Origin: Gammaproteobacteria bacterium
GTDB lineage: Bacteria > Pseudomonadota > Gammaproteobacteria > Steroidobacterales > GCA-2729495
Direction of reading: 5' to 3'
Length of the DNA: 64,000 nucleotides
Assembly: GCA_009692345.1 (NCBI GenBank)
Contig: SHZI01000002.1
Location: forward strand, 167 to 64,166
Both the position numbers and the translations under genes were made by a program. Below, piece after piece: positions 19,462 through 29,094 of this stretch; the first letter of the stretch is position 1; every line of letters starts with the position of its first letter. Below the pieces are notes generated by a model. The model was not told where the DNA came from, ran no database searches, and worked only from the letters and a program-made list of their open reading frames with translations.

Positions 19462-19830
19462 AGGACCCTGCCTGCGAAAAATGACAGGTGACGAGACTGG
19501 TCACAGGACGTGCGCCTGCAGCCATGTCTGTACTTGGATGCGAACCTGTATCAATAAAAAATGGGCTTCCCGGGTGGTGCCGGTCAGGTTGTTGGTCAGG
19601 ACTTGGGGCAGGGTTGAACGCGAACGACTGTCCGACCGTTCCGTGCCCGGATTCGAGTCTGCGGTGAGTTTTTAGTACCTTGCAGCCAGCCACTCGTCAG
19701 ATCCTCGGAATTCTCGCCTGACCGACCCCGACATGGCTCTCTTGGTTCAGCCCAAGTCAACCACACCAGCAGGAGGCCCGCTCTTGCCCGCCAGGGGCGG
19801 GATTTGCCTTGCGACCTGCCAAGCGGCGGG
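19462..19830 (-). promoter_or_regulatory. long rne 5' leader / rne-rluC divergent control region
   Basis: A 500-nt non-coding gap separates divergent rne and rluC, as in E. coli, where the rne 5' UTR is autoregulatory. A GC hairpin lies at 19786-19800. The boundaries are not determinable from sequence alone. Confidence 0.35.
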
Positions 19831-19962
19831 TCGATGGAGACTGCATGGGCCAGTCGGGGGCTGAAAGCCGCGGGGGATTGACAGCCGACTACGCTTGGCC
19901 TGGCAGTTGGTTACTATAACAGCGGTAACTCACGCCAGCAATGCAGACAGAGGCCTAAGCCC

Positions 19963-20952
19963 TTGGCAGCGACAGGAAATCCGGCGAACGCTGCCGCCCC
20001 AAAAGTCGCCCGCGTCACCACGGGCACTGACGAAGCCGGTCGCCGGCTCGACAACTTCCTGCTGACCTACCTGAAGGGGGTTCCCCGGGCCCACGTTTAT
20101 CGCCTGATTCGCAGTGGCCAGGTGCGGGTCAACAGCAAGCGCGTCCAGGCGAGCTACCGACTGGTTTCCGGGGATGAAGTCCGGGTGCCGCCGGTGCGGC
20201 AGCCGGAGGCCACCAACGCGCCGCCGCCAAGCCGCTTGCATACCGACTGGATCGAAGCGCTGGTGCTCCACGAAGACGCTGATCTGCTGGTCCTCAACAA
20301 GCCGTCCGGGCTGGCAGTCCATGGCGGGAGCGGTATCAGCCTGGGCGCCATTGAGCTGCTCCGGGCGACCCGGGGCCCCCACAGCAAACTGGAGTTGGTG
20401 CACCGGCTGGATCGGGATACGAGTGGCTGCCTGCTGATTGCCAAGCGGCCAGCCGCTCTCCGGGCACTCCATACCCAGTTTCGTGAGGGGCGCATCGATA
20501 AGCGCTATCACGCTCTGCTGCTTGGCAACTGGCACGGGCGGGGACGCACGGTCGACGCACCCTTGCTGACTGATGAGCGCCGTGGTGGTGAGCGGCACGT
20601 CCGCGTTGATGCTGCCGGCAAGGAGTCAGTCACACACTTCCTGCCGCTGGAGCGGTTCCCTGAGGCGGTGCTTGCTGAAGTGCATCTGGCCACCGGGCGC
20701 ACCCACCAGATCCGGGTCCACGCCGCGTCAATCGGTCATCCGGTGGCCGGTGACGAGCGCTATGGACCGGCAGCGGATCCCGTCATGGCGGGGCAGGGGC
20801 TCAAGCGCCTCTTTCTCCATGCCAGACGGCTGGTCTTCGCGCATCCGGCCAGCGGAGAAAGAATAGCCGTTGAGGCACCGCTCGGTGAGGACCTGGCCGC
20901 CCCGCTGGAGCGCTTGCGCAGGTCCGTGCCGACGACCCGGCGCTCTGGCTGA
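19963..20952 (+). CDS. rluC: 23S rRNA pseudouridine synthase RluC
   Basis: 329 aa with an S4 domain (DEAGRRLDNFLLTYLKGVPRAHVYRLIRSGQVRVN) and the catalytic motif HRLDRDTSGCLL. It is divergent from rne, as in E. coli. The start is TTG. Confidence 0.9.
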   Translation: MAATGNPANAAAPKVARVTTGTDEAGRRLDNFLLTYLKGVPRAHVYRLIRSGQVRVNSKRVQASYRLVSGDEVRVPPVRQPEATNAPPPSRLHTDWIEALVLHEDADLLVLNKPSGLAVHGGSGISLGAIELLRATRGPHSKLELVHRLDRDTSGCLLIAKRPAALRALHTQFREGRIDKRYHALLLGNWHGRGRTVDAPLLTDERRGGERHVRVDAAGKESVTHFLPLERFPEAVLAEVHLATGRTHQIRVHAASIGHPVAGDERYGPAADPVMAGQGLKRLFLHARRLVFAHPASGERIAVEAPLGEDLAAPLERLRRSVPTTRRSG

Positions 20953-20972
20953 AGCAGCCCGTCTTTCAGGCC

Positions 20973-21602
20973 CTAGAGCAGCGGGACCCCACGTCTCAGC
21001 AGGATCCCGCCGAGCCAGATGAGTGGCAGTCCCTGGATTGCCGTGGGGTCCTGACTGTCGATGCTCTCGAGCAGCAGCACGCCACGACGTTCTGCCTTGA
21101 AGCTGCCGGCGCAGTCCAGGGGCTGGTCCGCTGCGACATAACTCTCCGCCTCAGGCCGGGTGAGGGGCCGGAAGCGGACCCGGGTCGTATCGACATGGCT
21201 GACCCCGGGTGTGTCCCCGGGCCCCTCGACCCAGACTGCAGTATGGAACTCCACCAGCTGCCCCGAGCAGCGGAGCAGCTGTTCTATGGCACGCTCCGCC
21301 GTACCGGGCTTTCCCAGGGTCTCATTGCCCAGGGCGGCAACCTGGTCGCTGCCGATAATGAGGGCCGGCGGGTGGTGAATCCTTCCCGCAGACGCCTTCA
21401 GCTGGGCCAGCCGGAGCGCCAGTGCCCTGGGCCCTTCCCCCGGCTGTCGCGACTCGTCCACGTTGGGCGCAAAGGTCTCAAAGTCCTCCAGCAGGCGGCC
21501 CAGGAGTTCCCGGCGATAGGGGGACTGGGAAGCCAGCAGGACGTGCGGGGGCGGAATCAAGGCGGGCAGGCTCCGAAAGGTGTGGTGACTGAATTTTGAC
21601 AC
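20973..21602 (-). CDS. Maf/YceF-type nucleoside triphosphate pyrophosphatase
   Basis: 209 aa; LLASQSPYRRELLGRL...IIGSDQV...GKP motifs. Confidence 0.88.
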   Translation of the reverse strand: MSKFSHHTFRSLPALIPPPHVLLASQSPYRRELLGRLLEDFETFAPNVDESRQPGEGPRALALRLAQLKASAGRIHHPPALIIGSDQVAALGNETLGKPGTAERAIEQLLRCSGQLVEFHTAVWVEGPGDTPGVSHVDTTRVRFRPLTRPEAESYVAADQPLDCAGSFKAERRGVLLLESIDSQDPTAIQGLPLIWLGGILLRRGVPLL

Positions 21603-21622
21603 ACTCCCGCAGGGTACCTATC

Positions 21623-22183
21623 ATGCGTACCGCGATGGGGGTGGAGCGTATCGGATCGGCTGAACTTAAGGATCTGGTCGCCGGCGGGTCAACTCTGGAT
21701 CTGGTCTTTCCCGTGGCCTCCCTCGCACGCCTGGCGGCCCTTTCTCCTTCGGCAGGTCACGAGACCAGCCTGCGGGCCAGCTTAACTTTCCAGTCGGGAT
21801 CGGCAGGACATTTGCAAGTTGACTCCCAGGTTCAACCCCAGGTTCAGCTGAGGGTGGCTGGAGCGGTTGACCTGGCCTGTCAGCGCTGTCTTCAGCCGCT
21901 GGTGCTGCCGGTGGCCATAGAGGTCCTGCTGACCATGGTCAGGAGCGAAGAGAAGGCAGCGGAGCTGGTCGATGCGTTTGATACGGTGCTGCTGGAAGAC
22001 GGCGAGCTGGCCCCGGCCCAGGTAGTTGAAGACGAGGTGCTGGCGTGGCTGCCGTTGGCCCCCAAGCACTCGGACGAGACATCCTGTGGCCGTGACGCGG
22101 GACTGATTTCAGGCGAGATGCATCGGCCACTGGCCGGGCTCGCCGACCTGCTTGGTCGTGGTGACCGGCAGGGTGATGGGTGA
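21623..22183 (+). CDS. yceD: YceD (DUF177) large-subunit rRNA accumulation protein
   Basis: Sits immediately upstream of rpmF. Contains CQRCLQPL and an acidic C-terminus. The start is uncertain (21596 TTG or 21623 ATG). Confidence 0.8.
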   Translation: MRTAMGVERIGSAELKDLVAGGSTLDLVFPVASLARLAALSPSAGHETSLRASLTFQSGSAGHLQVDSQVQPQVQLRVAGAVDLACQRCLQPLVLPVAIEVLLTMVRSEEKAAELVDAFDTVLLEDGELAPAQVVEDEVLAWLPLAPKHSDETSCGRDAGLISGEMHRPLAGLADLLGRGDRQGDG

Positions 22184-22201
22184 TTTACCAGGAGATCTGC
22201 A

Positions 22202-22393
22202 ATGGCAGTACAAAAGAGTCGTGTGACCCCTTCCCGCAAGGGCATGCGTCAATCCCACGACCGGCTGAAGAGCCCGCCCATCTCTGTCGAGCCGACGAGC
22301 GGCGAGACTCATCGGCGGCATCACATCAGCGCCGATGGCTATTATCGTGGCAAGAAAGTCCTAGAGACCCGCGACGACGGCGACGCCGAGTAG
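22202..22393 (+). CDS. rpmF: 50S ribosomal protein L32
   Basis: [22 protein letters not shown]... is the canonical L32 N-terminus. Confidence 0.95.
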   Translation: MAVQKSRVTPSRKGMRQSHDRLKSPPISVEPTSGETHRRHHISADGYYRGKKVLETRDDGDAE

Positions 22394-22499
22394 TCGCTTG
22401 TGCCGCCCGGTCATCGGGCGGGAGTCCATGCTTTCCCGGGCCCGCAAGTCGGGTATCCGCGGTTGACGCGTCAGCGACATCACGCACAAGGGGCCACTG

Positions 22500-23510
22500 A
22501 TGGCAGAGCCCGTTACGATTGCCGTTGATGCCATGAGCGGAGATGCGGGAGCAAAGGTGTGCGTCCCGGCATCCATAGATTTTGTGCGTGCGCATCCTGG
22601 CGTGCGCATCCTCCTGGTTGGTCAGCGCGAGGTCCTTGAGCAGCTGGCCATTGCCTCCGGTGGCATCCCTCCGACGGTCGAGATTCGCGACGCTCGCCAG
22701 ATTGTGCTCATGGATGAGCCCCCGGCCGACGCCCTGCGGAAAAAGAAAGATTCATCCATGCGGGTCGCTATCGACCTGGTGAGAGAGGGCGCAGCTCACG
22801 CCTGCGTCAGTGCCGGGAATACAGGTGCCCTCATGGCTACCGGCCACTTCGTCCTCAAGATGCTGCCCGGCATTGAACGGCCCGCCATCATGGCCCGGCT
22901 ACCGACCCGACATGGCGCTATCTACATGCTGGACCTGGGCGCCAATGCAGACTGCACGGTAGAGCAGCTCTGTCAGTTCGCCATCATGGGCTCGGTAGTA
23001 GCCCGGGTCACGGAAGGCATTGAGAAGCCCCGGATTGGTCTCCTCAACATTGGCGAGGAAGACATCAAGGGGAATGAAACCGTCAAGCAGGCGGCCCTGC
23101 GCCTGGCGGCAAGCCACCTCAACTACGTTGGATTCGTCGAGGCCGACGCCATTCAGGATGACCGCGCCGATGTGGTGGTCTGTGATGGCTTCAGCGGCAA
23201 CGTGGCCCTCAAGTCGATGGAGGGCACCGCCAAGCTGATCCGGCACTTTCTTGAGGTGGAGTTTCACGCCAGCCTCTATGGCCGACTGGCGGGCCTGGTG
23301 GCCTGGCCGGTGCTGACGTCCCTGGGTCGCCGTCTCGATCCGCGGCGCTACAATGGCGCGAGCCTGGTAGGACTCAACGGCATCGTCATCAAGAGTCACG
23401 GTGGTGCCGACGTGCTGGCTTTCCAGCAGGCAATTTCCGTAGCGGAACTGGAAGCCACGAAGCGTGTTCCCGCTCAGATCAGGGAACTCATGGGCGAGCA
23501 GGTGGCATGA
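22500..23510 (+). CDS. plsX: phosphate acyltransferase PlsX
   Basis: 336 aa; IAVDAMSGD...[11 protein letters not shown]...[12 protein letters not shown]. Confidence 0.95.
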   Translation: MAEPVTIAVDAMSGDAGAKVCVPASIDFVRAHPGVRILLVGQREVLEQLAIASGGIPPTVEIRDARQIVLMDEPPADALRKKKDSSMRVAIDLVREGAAHACVSAGNTGALMATGHFVLKMLPGIERPAIMARLPTRHGAIYMLDLGANADCTVEQLCQFAIMGSVVARVTEGIEKPRIGLLNIGEEDIKGNETVKQAALRLAASHLNYVGFVEADAIQDDRADVVVCDGFSGNVALKSMEGTAKLIRHFLEVEFHASLYGRLAGLVAWPVLTSLGRRLDPRRYNGASLVGLNGIVIKSHGGADVLAFQQAISVAELEATKRVPAQIRELMGEQVA

Positions 23511-24475
23511 TCTACTCACGGATTGCCGGCACCGGACGCTATCTGCCCGAGCGTATTCTCTCGAACCGCGAGCTGGAGTCGATGGTGGATACCACGGAGG
23601 AGTGGATCCGGACCCGAACCGGCATTGAACGTCGGCACATCGCAGCGGATAACCAGGCCACCAGCGACCTCGCTGAGCAGGCGGCTCGCCAGGCAATGGA
23701 TGCTGCTGGTGTTACGGCAGATGACATTGATTTCCTGGTGGTAGGCACGACGACCCCCGATCTGATCTTTCCGAATGTCGGCTGCCTCGTCCAGCGGAGG
23801 CTCGGGATTCATGGCTGTCCGGCCTTCAGTCTCGAGGCGGCGTGCAGTGGCTTCATCTACGCGCTGACCATGGCTGACCGTTTCGTAGCCAGTGGTGCTG
23901 CCAAGTGTGCGCTGGTAATTGGTGCTGAGACCCTGTCGAGGATCGTTGACTGGAGCGATCGATCTACGTGCGTGCTGTTCGGTGACGGCGCCGGAGCCGT
24001 AGTCCTCAAGCCAGCGGATGAACCGGGTCTGCTTTCCTGCCACCTGGGCGCCGACGGTCACTACGGGGACCTGCTCTACCACCCCTATGGCACGTCGCGG
24101 CCGCAGAAGCCCGAAGACACAGCGCAGCCCTTCATACAGATGAAGGGCAACGAAGTCTTCAAGGTGGCGGTCAAGACGCTGGAGGGCATTGTCGACCAGG
24201 CGCTGAGTGCCAATAATCTCGAGCGCAGTGCCATCGACTGGCTGATACCCCACCAGGCCAATATCCGCATCATCCAGGCTACTGCCCGCCGTCTCGACAT
24301 GCCCATGGAAAAGGTCGTGCTCACGCTTCCTGACCACGGCAATACCTCTGCCGCGTCAGTCCCGATCGCACTGGATGTTGCGGTCCGGGACGGGCGGGTG
24401 AAGCGGGGCGACCTGTTGTTGCTTGAAGCCTTCGGCGGAGGCCTCACGTGGGGCTCCGCTCTGGTCCGCTACTGA
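23507..24475 (+). CDS. fabH: beta-ketoacyl-ACP synthase III FabH
   Basis: 322 aa with the active-site context [12 protein letters not shown], plus HQAN and GNTSAAS. ATGA overlap with plsX. Confidence 0.95.
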   Translation: MIYSRIAGTGRYLPERILSNRELESMVDTTEEWIRTRTGIERRHIAADNQATSDLAEQAARQAMDAAGVTADDIDFLVVGTTTPDLIFPNVGCLVQRRLGIHGCPAFSLEAACSGFIYALTMADRFVASGAAKCALVIGAETLSRIVDWSDRSTCVLFGDGAGAVVLKPADEPGLLSCHLGADGHYGDLLYHPYGTSRPQKPEDTAQPFIQMKGNEVFKVAVKTLEGIVDQALSANNLERSAIDWLIPHQANIRIIQATARRLDMPMEKVVLTLPDHGNTSAASVPIALDVAVRDGRVKRGDLLLLEAFGGGLTWGSALVRY

Positions 24476-24496
24476 CCCTCCCGGCAGGGCTGCCCC

Positions 24497-25996
24497 ATGC
24501 TTGAAATGCGGCATCGGTGGCTGGCGATCCTGGCCGGGCCCCTGCTGGCGGTCCTCGTGTACTTCCAGTTGCCGTCCGAGTATCTCTCGCCCGAGGGCGT
24601 CCAGCGCACCCTGGGGCCCGGCGCTCACGGGGCTGCGGCAGTGACTGCCTGGATGGCGCTCTGGTGGATCACGGATGTGATTCCGGTTTATGTCACCGCC
24701 TTGCTGCCACTGGCACTGTTTCCGCTGTTGGGCGCAGCAACAGTGGGGGAGGCCGCTGGCGCCTATGGTGACCCGCTGATCTTTTTGTTCTTCGGTGGCT
24801 TCATTGTGGCGCTTGCACTGGAGCGCTGGGGCCTGCATCGGCGCGTCGCGCTTACCGTGCTGCCCTTCGTCGGTTCGCGTCCGGCCCATATCATTGGCGC
24901 CTTCATGGGCATTACGGCATTTCTCAGTCTCTGGGTCACCAATACGGCCACGACGCTGATGATGCTGCCGGTTGCCGTCAGCGTGATCGATACCCTGGAG
25001 GAGGCCAGTCCTGCCGATCCCCGTACGCAGAAGGTCGGCACGGCACTGGTGCTCGGTGTCGCCTACGCCGCATCGATTGGCGGCATGGGCACCATGATTG
25101 GCACGGCGCCGAATGTCTTTGTCGCGTCATTCATCAATGGCCAGTTGCAGCAGGAGATTACGTTTCTCGACTGGATGACCGTGGCAATGCCCCTCGTCGT
25201 TCTCCTCCTTCTCGGAGCCTGGTGGCTGCTGACGCGCGTCGTCTTCCGGCTGGGGCACGAGCCGCTGCCGGGGACCCGGCAGGTCCTCCAGCGGCTGGCG
25301 AGTCAGCTCGGGCCAGTTACCCGGCCCGAACGCCTGACGGCGGGTGTCTTCCTCCTTACGGCCGCTGCCTGGATTTTTCGTGCCCCTCTGACGGAGCTGA
25401 CTGTTGCCGGGGTGAGCCCCCTGTCCGGTCTGACCGACGCCGGTATCGCGATCAGCGCCGCGATTCTGCTGTTCGTCCTGCCCGCAGGCACCCGGAGCGG
25501 GGGTGACCCCCAGTTCCTCATGGACTGGCCCACCGCTACTCGTGTCCCCTGGGGGCTGCTGCTCCTGTTTGGTGGCGGCCTGAGTCTGGCGACCAGCTTT
25601 GAACGGACAGGGCTTGCCGAGTACGTGGCTGCGCAGGGGCAGGGCCTTGAGCGCCTCCCCACCTGGTTGCTTATCGCCGTGGTGGCAGCGACCGTCGTTT
25701 ATCTTTCTGAGATTGCCAGCAATGTGGCCACAGCCACCACCGTGGTGCCTGTCCTGGCGTCCCTGGCCATCGGGGCGGGCCTTGCCCCTGTCCCGATCGT
25801 ACTGGCTGCCTGCTTTGCCGCGAGCTGCGGCTTTATGCTCCCGGTGGCCACGCCGCCGAACGCGATCGCCTACGGCACTGGTCGCATCACAGCAGGGCAG
25901 ATGGCCAAGGCCGGCTTTTTTCTCAATATTCTGGGGATTCTGTTTATTACCGCAGTTACTTGCGGGATCATTATCCCCTTCATCGGAGCGAAGTGA
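24497..25996 (+). CDS. SLC13/DASS-family anion:sodium symporter
   Basis: 499 aa polytopic protein with duplicated GG...TxxGTAPN / ATPPN hairpin motifs (IGGMGTMIGTAPN, PVATPPNAIA). Confidence 0.8.
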   Translation: MLEMRHRWLAILAGPLLAVLVYFQLPSEYLSPEGVQRTLGPGAHGAAAVTAWMALWWITDVIPVYVTALLPLALFPLLGAATVGEAAGAYGDPLIFLFFGGFIVALALERWGLHRRVALTVLPFVGSRPAHIIGAFMGITAFLSLWVTNTATTLMMLPVAVSVIDTLEEASPADPRTQKVGTALVLGVAYAASIGGMGTMIGTAPNVFVASFINGQLQQEITFLDWMTVAMPLVVLLLLGAWWLLTRVVFRLGHEPLPGTRQVLQRLASQLGPVTRPERLTAGVFLLTAAAWIFRAPLTELTVAGVSPLSGLTDAGIAISAAILLFVLPAGTRSGGDPQFLMDWPTATRVPWGLLLLFGGGLSLATSFERTGLAEYVAAQGQGLERLPTWLLIAVVAATVVYLSEIASNVATATTVVPVLASLAIGAGLAPVPIVLAACFAASCGFMLPVATPPNAIAYGTGRITAGQMAKAGFFLNILGILFITAVTCGIIIPFIGAK

Positions 25997-26970
25997 TGCA
26001 GCGACGAGCCAACAAACCATGGCTTTTTACCCTGGGAGTACTGCTCCTGCCGTTGGGCATGTTCTTGCCCGGCAGTGCGCGGGCCACTGGTGACACCTTT
26101 CCCCTGTTGCCGGGCGTGCAACTGGTCGGCGAGTCCGCCACCGTGGCGGCCAGCCAGGCCGACACACTGACGGATATCGCGCGGGTTCATGGTCTTGGCT
26201 ATAACGAGATTGTCTGGGCGAATCCGGCGGTAGACGTGTGGCTGCCTGGGGGTGGAACCCCGGTGACCTTGCCAACGAGGTTCGTGCTGCCAGGAGGAAC
26301 CCGGGATGGTGTTGTCGTCAATATTGCGGAGTACCGGCTCTATCACTATTTCAAGCGGGATGGCCAGTCCATGGTCTCGACCTACCCGGTCAGCATTGGC
26401 CGCATGGACTGGGCCACGCCGATTGGGCGCTGGGTCGTGACGGCCAAGCAGAAGGACCCGGCCTGGTACCCGCCTGAATCGATTCGCCAGGAGCACCTTG
26501 AAGACGGTCGCGGCTTTCTGGCCAAGATGATCCCAGCGGGTCCCGACAATCCACTTGGCCAGTACGCCATGCGACTCAGCGCCAGTGGTTACCTGATTCA
26601 CGGCACCAACAAACCCGTCGGCGTGGGCATGCAGGTGACCCACGGGTGTATTCGCATGTACCCCGAGGATATTGAGAAGCTGTATCCCCAGATTCCCGTC
26701 AAGACGCCGGTAACCATCATGAACCAGCCCTACAAGTTCGGCTGGTCTGGCAATGATCTCTACCTGGAAGTCCACCCCCCGCTGGATGACGATCGCTCCA
26801 CGCGGGAGAGGGAGATGACGGCGCTTACCGAGCAGTACGTCCTGCTCACCCGTGATCGGCCCGCCCGGATCGACTGGCAGATAGTCGAAGAGGCTTATCG
26901 TCAGCGTGATGGCATTCCGGTGAAAGTTGGTTCCGCGCTTTCCGTGGGACAGTCGGTAGCTGCTTTCTGA
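25996..26970 (+). CDS. L,D-transpeptidase (YkuD domain; ErfK/YbiS/YcfS/YnhG-like)
   Basis: ATG 25996 overlaps the upstream TGA. It has a signal peptide and a LysM-like segment (LTDIARVHGLGYNEIVWANP). Catalytic motif: YLIHGTNKPVGVGMQVTHGCIRM. Confidence 0.88.
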   Translation: MQRRANKPWLFTLGVLLLPLGMFLPGSARATGDTFPLLPGVQLVGESATVAASQADTLTDIARVHGLGYNEIVWANPAVDVWLPGGGTPVTLPTRFVLPGGTRDGVVVNIAEYRLYHYFKRDGQSMVSTYPVSIGRMDWATPIGRWVVTAKQKDPAWYPPESIRQEHLEDGRGFLAKMIPAGPDNPLGQYAMRLSASGYLIHGTNKPVGVGMQVTHGCIRMYPEDIEKLYPQIPVKTPVTIMNQPYKFGWSGNDLYLEVHPPLDDDRSTREREMTALTEQYVLLTRDRPARIDWQIVEEAYRQRDGIPVKVGSALSVGQSVAAF

Positions 26971-27035
26971 GAGGTACCGGGTTTGGCATCTGGCGACGTG
27001 GCCGCCAAGTTGCCAGATGCCAAACCCGGTACCTC
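26971..27035. repeat. perfect 24-bp inverted repeat (hairpin with 17-nt loop)
   Basis: GAGGTACCGGGTTTGGCATCTGGC (26971-26994) is the exact reverse complement of 27012-27035. It begins at the first nucleotide after the L,D-transpeptidase stop. Confidence 0.9.
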
Positions 27036-27042
27036 TGAATCC

Positions 27043-27076
27043 AAAAAAAAAGCCGCAGCAAACGCTGCGGCTTTTT
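27043..27076. terminator. bidirectional Rho-independent terminator
   Basis: An A9 run, the stem GCCGCAGC/GCTGCGGC with a 4-nt loop, then T5. It lies between two convergent genes. Confidence 0.8.
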
Positions 27077-27101
27077 CGTCAGGTCATACGTGGTATGACC
27101 T

Positions 27102-27147
27102 GAAGCGGTAGCTAGACCATCTTAGAAGCGGTAGCTAGACCGTCTTA
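27102..27147. repeat. 23-bp tandem duplication (2 units, 1 mismatch)
   Basis: GAAGCGGTAGCTAGACCATCTTA is followed by GAAGCGGTAGCTAGACCGTCTTA. The second unit contains the lpp-like stop codon (27145-27147). Confidence 0.9.
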
Positions 27148-27450
27148 CTTGGCCTGGCTGCGCTTGAACATCCGGTCCATCTTCTCGTTGGTCGCGTCGC
27201 AGCAGGACTGGGACTGGTTCGCAGCATTCAGTGCCTGGTTGGCCGTGCTCTGGGCACCGGAAGCCGTCTGCTTGGCTTCGGCAGCAGCAGCACCGGCAGC
27301 ATCAGCGGCCGACTTGGCACCATTGGCAGTGGCTGCCACGGCATCGAGACGGGCGGAGAGTGCATCGGCCTTTTTGGTGGACTCGCAGCCGGTGGTGACC
27401 AGGATCGCGAGTGCCAGGGCGGCCCCCTGAAGAGCGGTAGTGATTTTCAT
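27145..27450 (-). CDS. lpp: OprI/Braun Lpp-like outer-membrane lipoprotein with C-terminal Lys
   Basis: I place the start at ATG 27450 (MKITTALQGAALALAILVTTGC, lipobox LVTTGC). The protein is 101 aa with an Ala-rich coiled-coil. The C-terminus NEKMDRMFKRSQAK resembles the OprI/Lpp ...RK end. Confidence 0.8.
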   Translation of the reverse strand: MKITTALQGAALALAILVTTGCESTKKADALSARLDAVAATANGAKSAADAAGAAAAEAKQTASGAQSTANQALNAANQSQSCCDATNEKMDRMFKRSQAK

Positions 27451-27752
27451 AGTAAAGGTCCTTAAAACAACAGATAAATTAAAGGTAAAAACACACCCGG
27501 AGAAGCAGTCGCCGAGAATCAAGAAACCGCCACGTGGCGGACTCTTATGAAAATGATGACCGAATCAAAGTTAAATCGCAATCTGGAAATGGCGTGGCGC
27601 ATGGGTTTCAGCCTGCCGCTGCAGTTGCCCGCCAGTCGGGTTGACCGGCGAGAAGCAGAGCGGTCTGGTGCTGAGGCTGAACAGTCGTGGGGTGGCAGTA
27701 GAGTCACACCGGACCACAGGCGGGGGAAGACGGGCTTGCGGACCTCCGGTAT

Positions 27753-27786
27753 CTGTATACAATCCCAGTGCTGTACAGATATACAG
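27753..27786 (+). promoter_or_regulatory. two tandem LexA (SOS) boxes in the lexA promoter
   Basis: CTGTATACAATCCCAG (27753-27768) has 1 mismatch to CTGT-N8-ACAG. CTGTACAGATATACAG (27771-27786) is a perfect match. A putative promoter, TTGCGG(27736)-N16-TACAAT(27758), overlaps box 1. Confidence 0.8.
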
Positions 27787-27797
27787 GATAACAACTC

Positions 27798-28445
27798 ATG
27801 GCCACGCCCGTTGCTGCTGATCTCACTGCCAGGCAGGCAGAAATTCTTGAATTTATTCAAAGATTTATAGAAGTTACTGGAATGCCGCCCACCCGGGCCG
27901 AAATGGCCCGGGAGCTGGGTTTTCGGTCCGCGAATGCAGCGGAAGAACACTTGCGGGCTCTGCAGCGCAAGGGGGTGATCGAGCTTCTGCCCGGCACGTC
28001 CCGGGGTATCAGGCTGCTGGAAACCGGCCGCCCTCTTTTGACTGAAGAAGAGGGCTTGCCACTGGTGGGGCGGGTGGCTGCCGGCCAGCCCATCCTGGCT
28101 ACCGAACATATCGAGGCCCGCTACCGGCTTGACCTCGCACTTTTTAATCCGCGGCCCCATTACCTCTTGCGGGTGCAGGGCATGAGCATGCGGGATGCCG
28201 GCATTCTCGATGGCGATCTGGTGGCGGTCCGCCGTGAGCCTGAAGTCCGCAACGGCCAGATCGTGGTGGTCAGGCTGGAAGAAGAAGTCACCGTCAAACG
28301 CTATCGACAGACCGGCACCATGGTCACGCTACTGCCCCAGAACCCGGATTTCCAGCCGATCAAGGTCGATCTCAAGGCCGAGCATATGGTTATCGAGGGC
28401 GTGGTGGTGGGTGTTATCCGTAACGGCATGTCGACTGCCGCGTGA
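27798..28445 (+). CDS. lexA: LexA repressor
   Basis: 215 aa with a winged-HTH N-terminus ([32 protein letters not shown]), the cleavage site VAAGQP, and an S24 domain with the catalytic GMSM...VKR motifs. Confidence 0.95.
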   Translation: MATPVAADLTARQAEILEFIQRFIEVTGMPPTRAEMARELGFRSANAAEEHLRALQRKGVIELLPGTSRGIRLLETGRPLLTEEEGLPLVGRVAAGQPILATEHIEARYRLDLALFNPRPHYLLRVQGMSMRDAGILDGDLVAVRREPEVRNGQIVVVRLEEEVTVKRYRQTGTMVTLLPQNPDFQPIKVDLKAEHMVIEGVVVGVIRNGMSTAA

Positions 28446-28451
28446 GTTGCT

Positions 28452-29069
28452 GTGTTCGCTCCGGCTGTTACTTGGCTGCCAACGGGGTTTGCGGCGCTGG
28501 ACCACCTGCTCGGTGGTGGCTGGCCCAGAGGTCTGCTCACGGAGTTACTGGTATCTGGGCATGGCAGTGGTGAATTCGGCCTGCTGAGTCCGGCGCTCGC
28601 GCGCCTGACCACCCTGTCCCCGCCCCCCTCAACGCCCCCCTCAACGCCCCTGGCTGCTGGCGGCCGGGTTCTCCTGATCGCGCCACCCTGGATCCCCTAT
28701 GGTCCCGGCCTCTGCTGGCAAGGGTTCGCCCTCAACCAGGTACTGATAGTCAGCGTGGGACAACCCCTGGAGGCGCTGTGGGCTATGGAAGAGGCCCTGC
28801 GTTCAGGAAGCTGTACCAGTGTGATCGCGTGGGTTGGCGCCAGAGCCACTGAGCGGGCAGGGCACTCCCTGCTGCAGCGGCTGCATCTTCTGGCAGGCAG
28901 GCAGAAGGCCTGGGCTGTCCTGATCCGGGAGGCACGGTTTCGTCGCGAGCGGTCCCCCGTCCGTTTGCGACTCGAGTTGCGGTGTCCATCGCCGGCCACG
29001 CTGCAGATCGAGATCTTCAAGAATGGCTGGCGAGGTGCGGGGACAGTCACCGTCGAACGCCGATTCTGA
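28452..29069 (+). CDS. imuA: translesion-synthesis protein ImuA (SulA/RecA-like)
   Basis: 205 aa; LPTGFAALDHLLGGGWPRGLLTELL is the ImuA signature region. It starts 7 nt after lexA. Confidence 0.85.
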   Translation: MFAPAVTWLPTGFAALDHLLGGGWPRGLLTELLVSGHGSGEFGLLSPALARLTTLSPPPSTPPSTPLAAGGRVLLIAPPWIPYGPGLCWQGFALNQVLIVSVGQPLEALWAMEEALRSGSCTSVIAWVGARATERAGHSLLQRLHLLAGRQKAWAVLIREARFRRERSPVRLRLELRCPSPATLQIEIFKNGWRGAGTVTVERRF

Positions 29070-29094
29070 AAAAAGCAGTGGCGTCTCTATTGGC

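Noticed and set aside
27519-28160. 213-aa minus-strand ORF, and the 107-aa plus-strand ORF at 27547-27870, across the lexA promoter
   Set aside because: They overlap lexA and the SOS boxes and have no motifs. The region is better explained as the lpp-like and lexA divergent control region.
29023-29094. imuB start at 29023, overlapping imuA by 47 nt
   Set aside because: There is no support for the extra residues. ATG 29095 lies after the imuA stop, and the conserved LWLCLYLPQLPLE block comes later still. The start remains uncertain.
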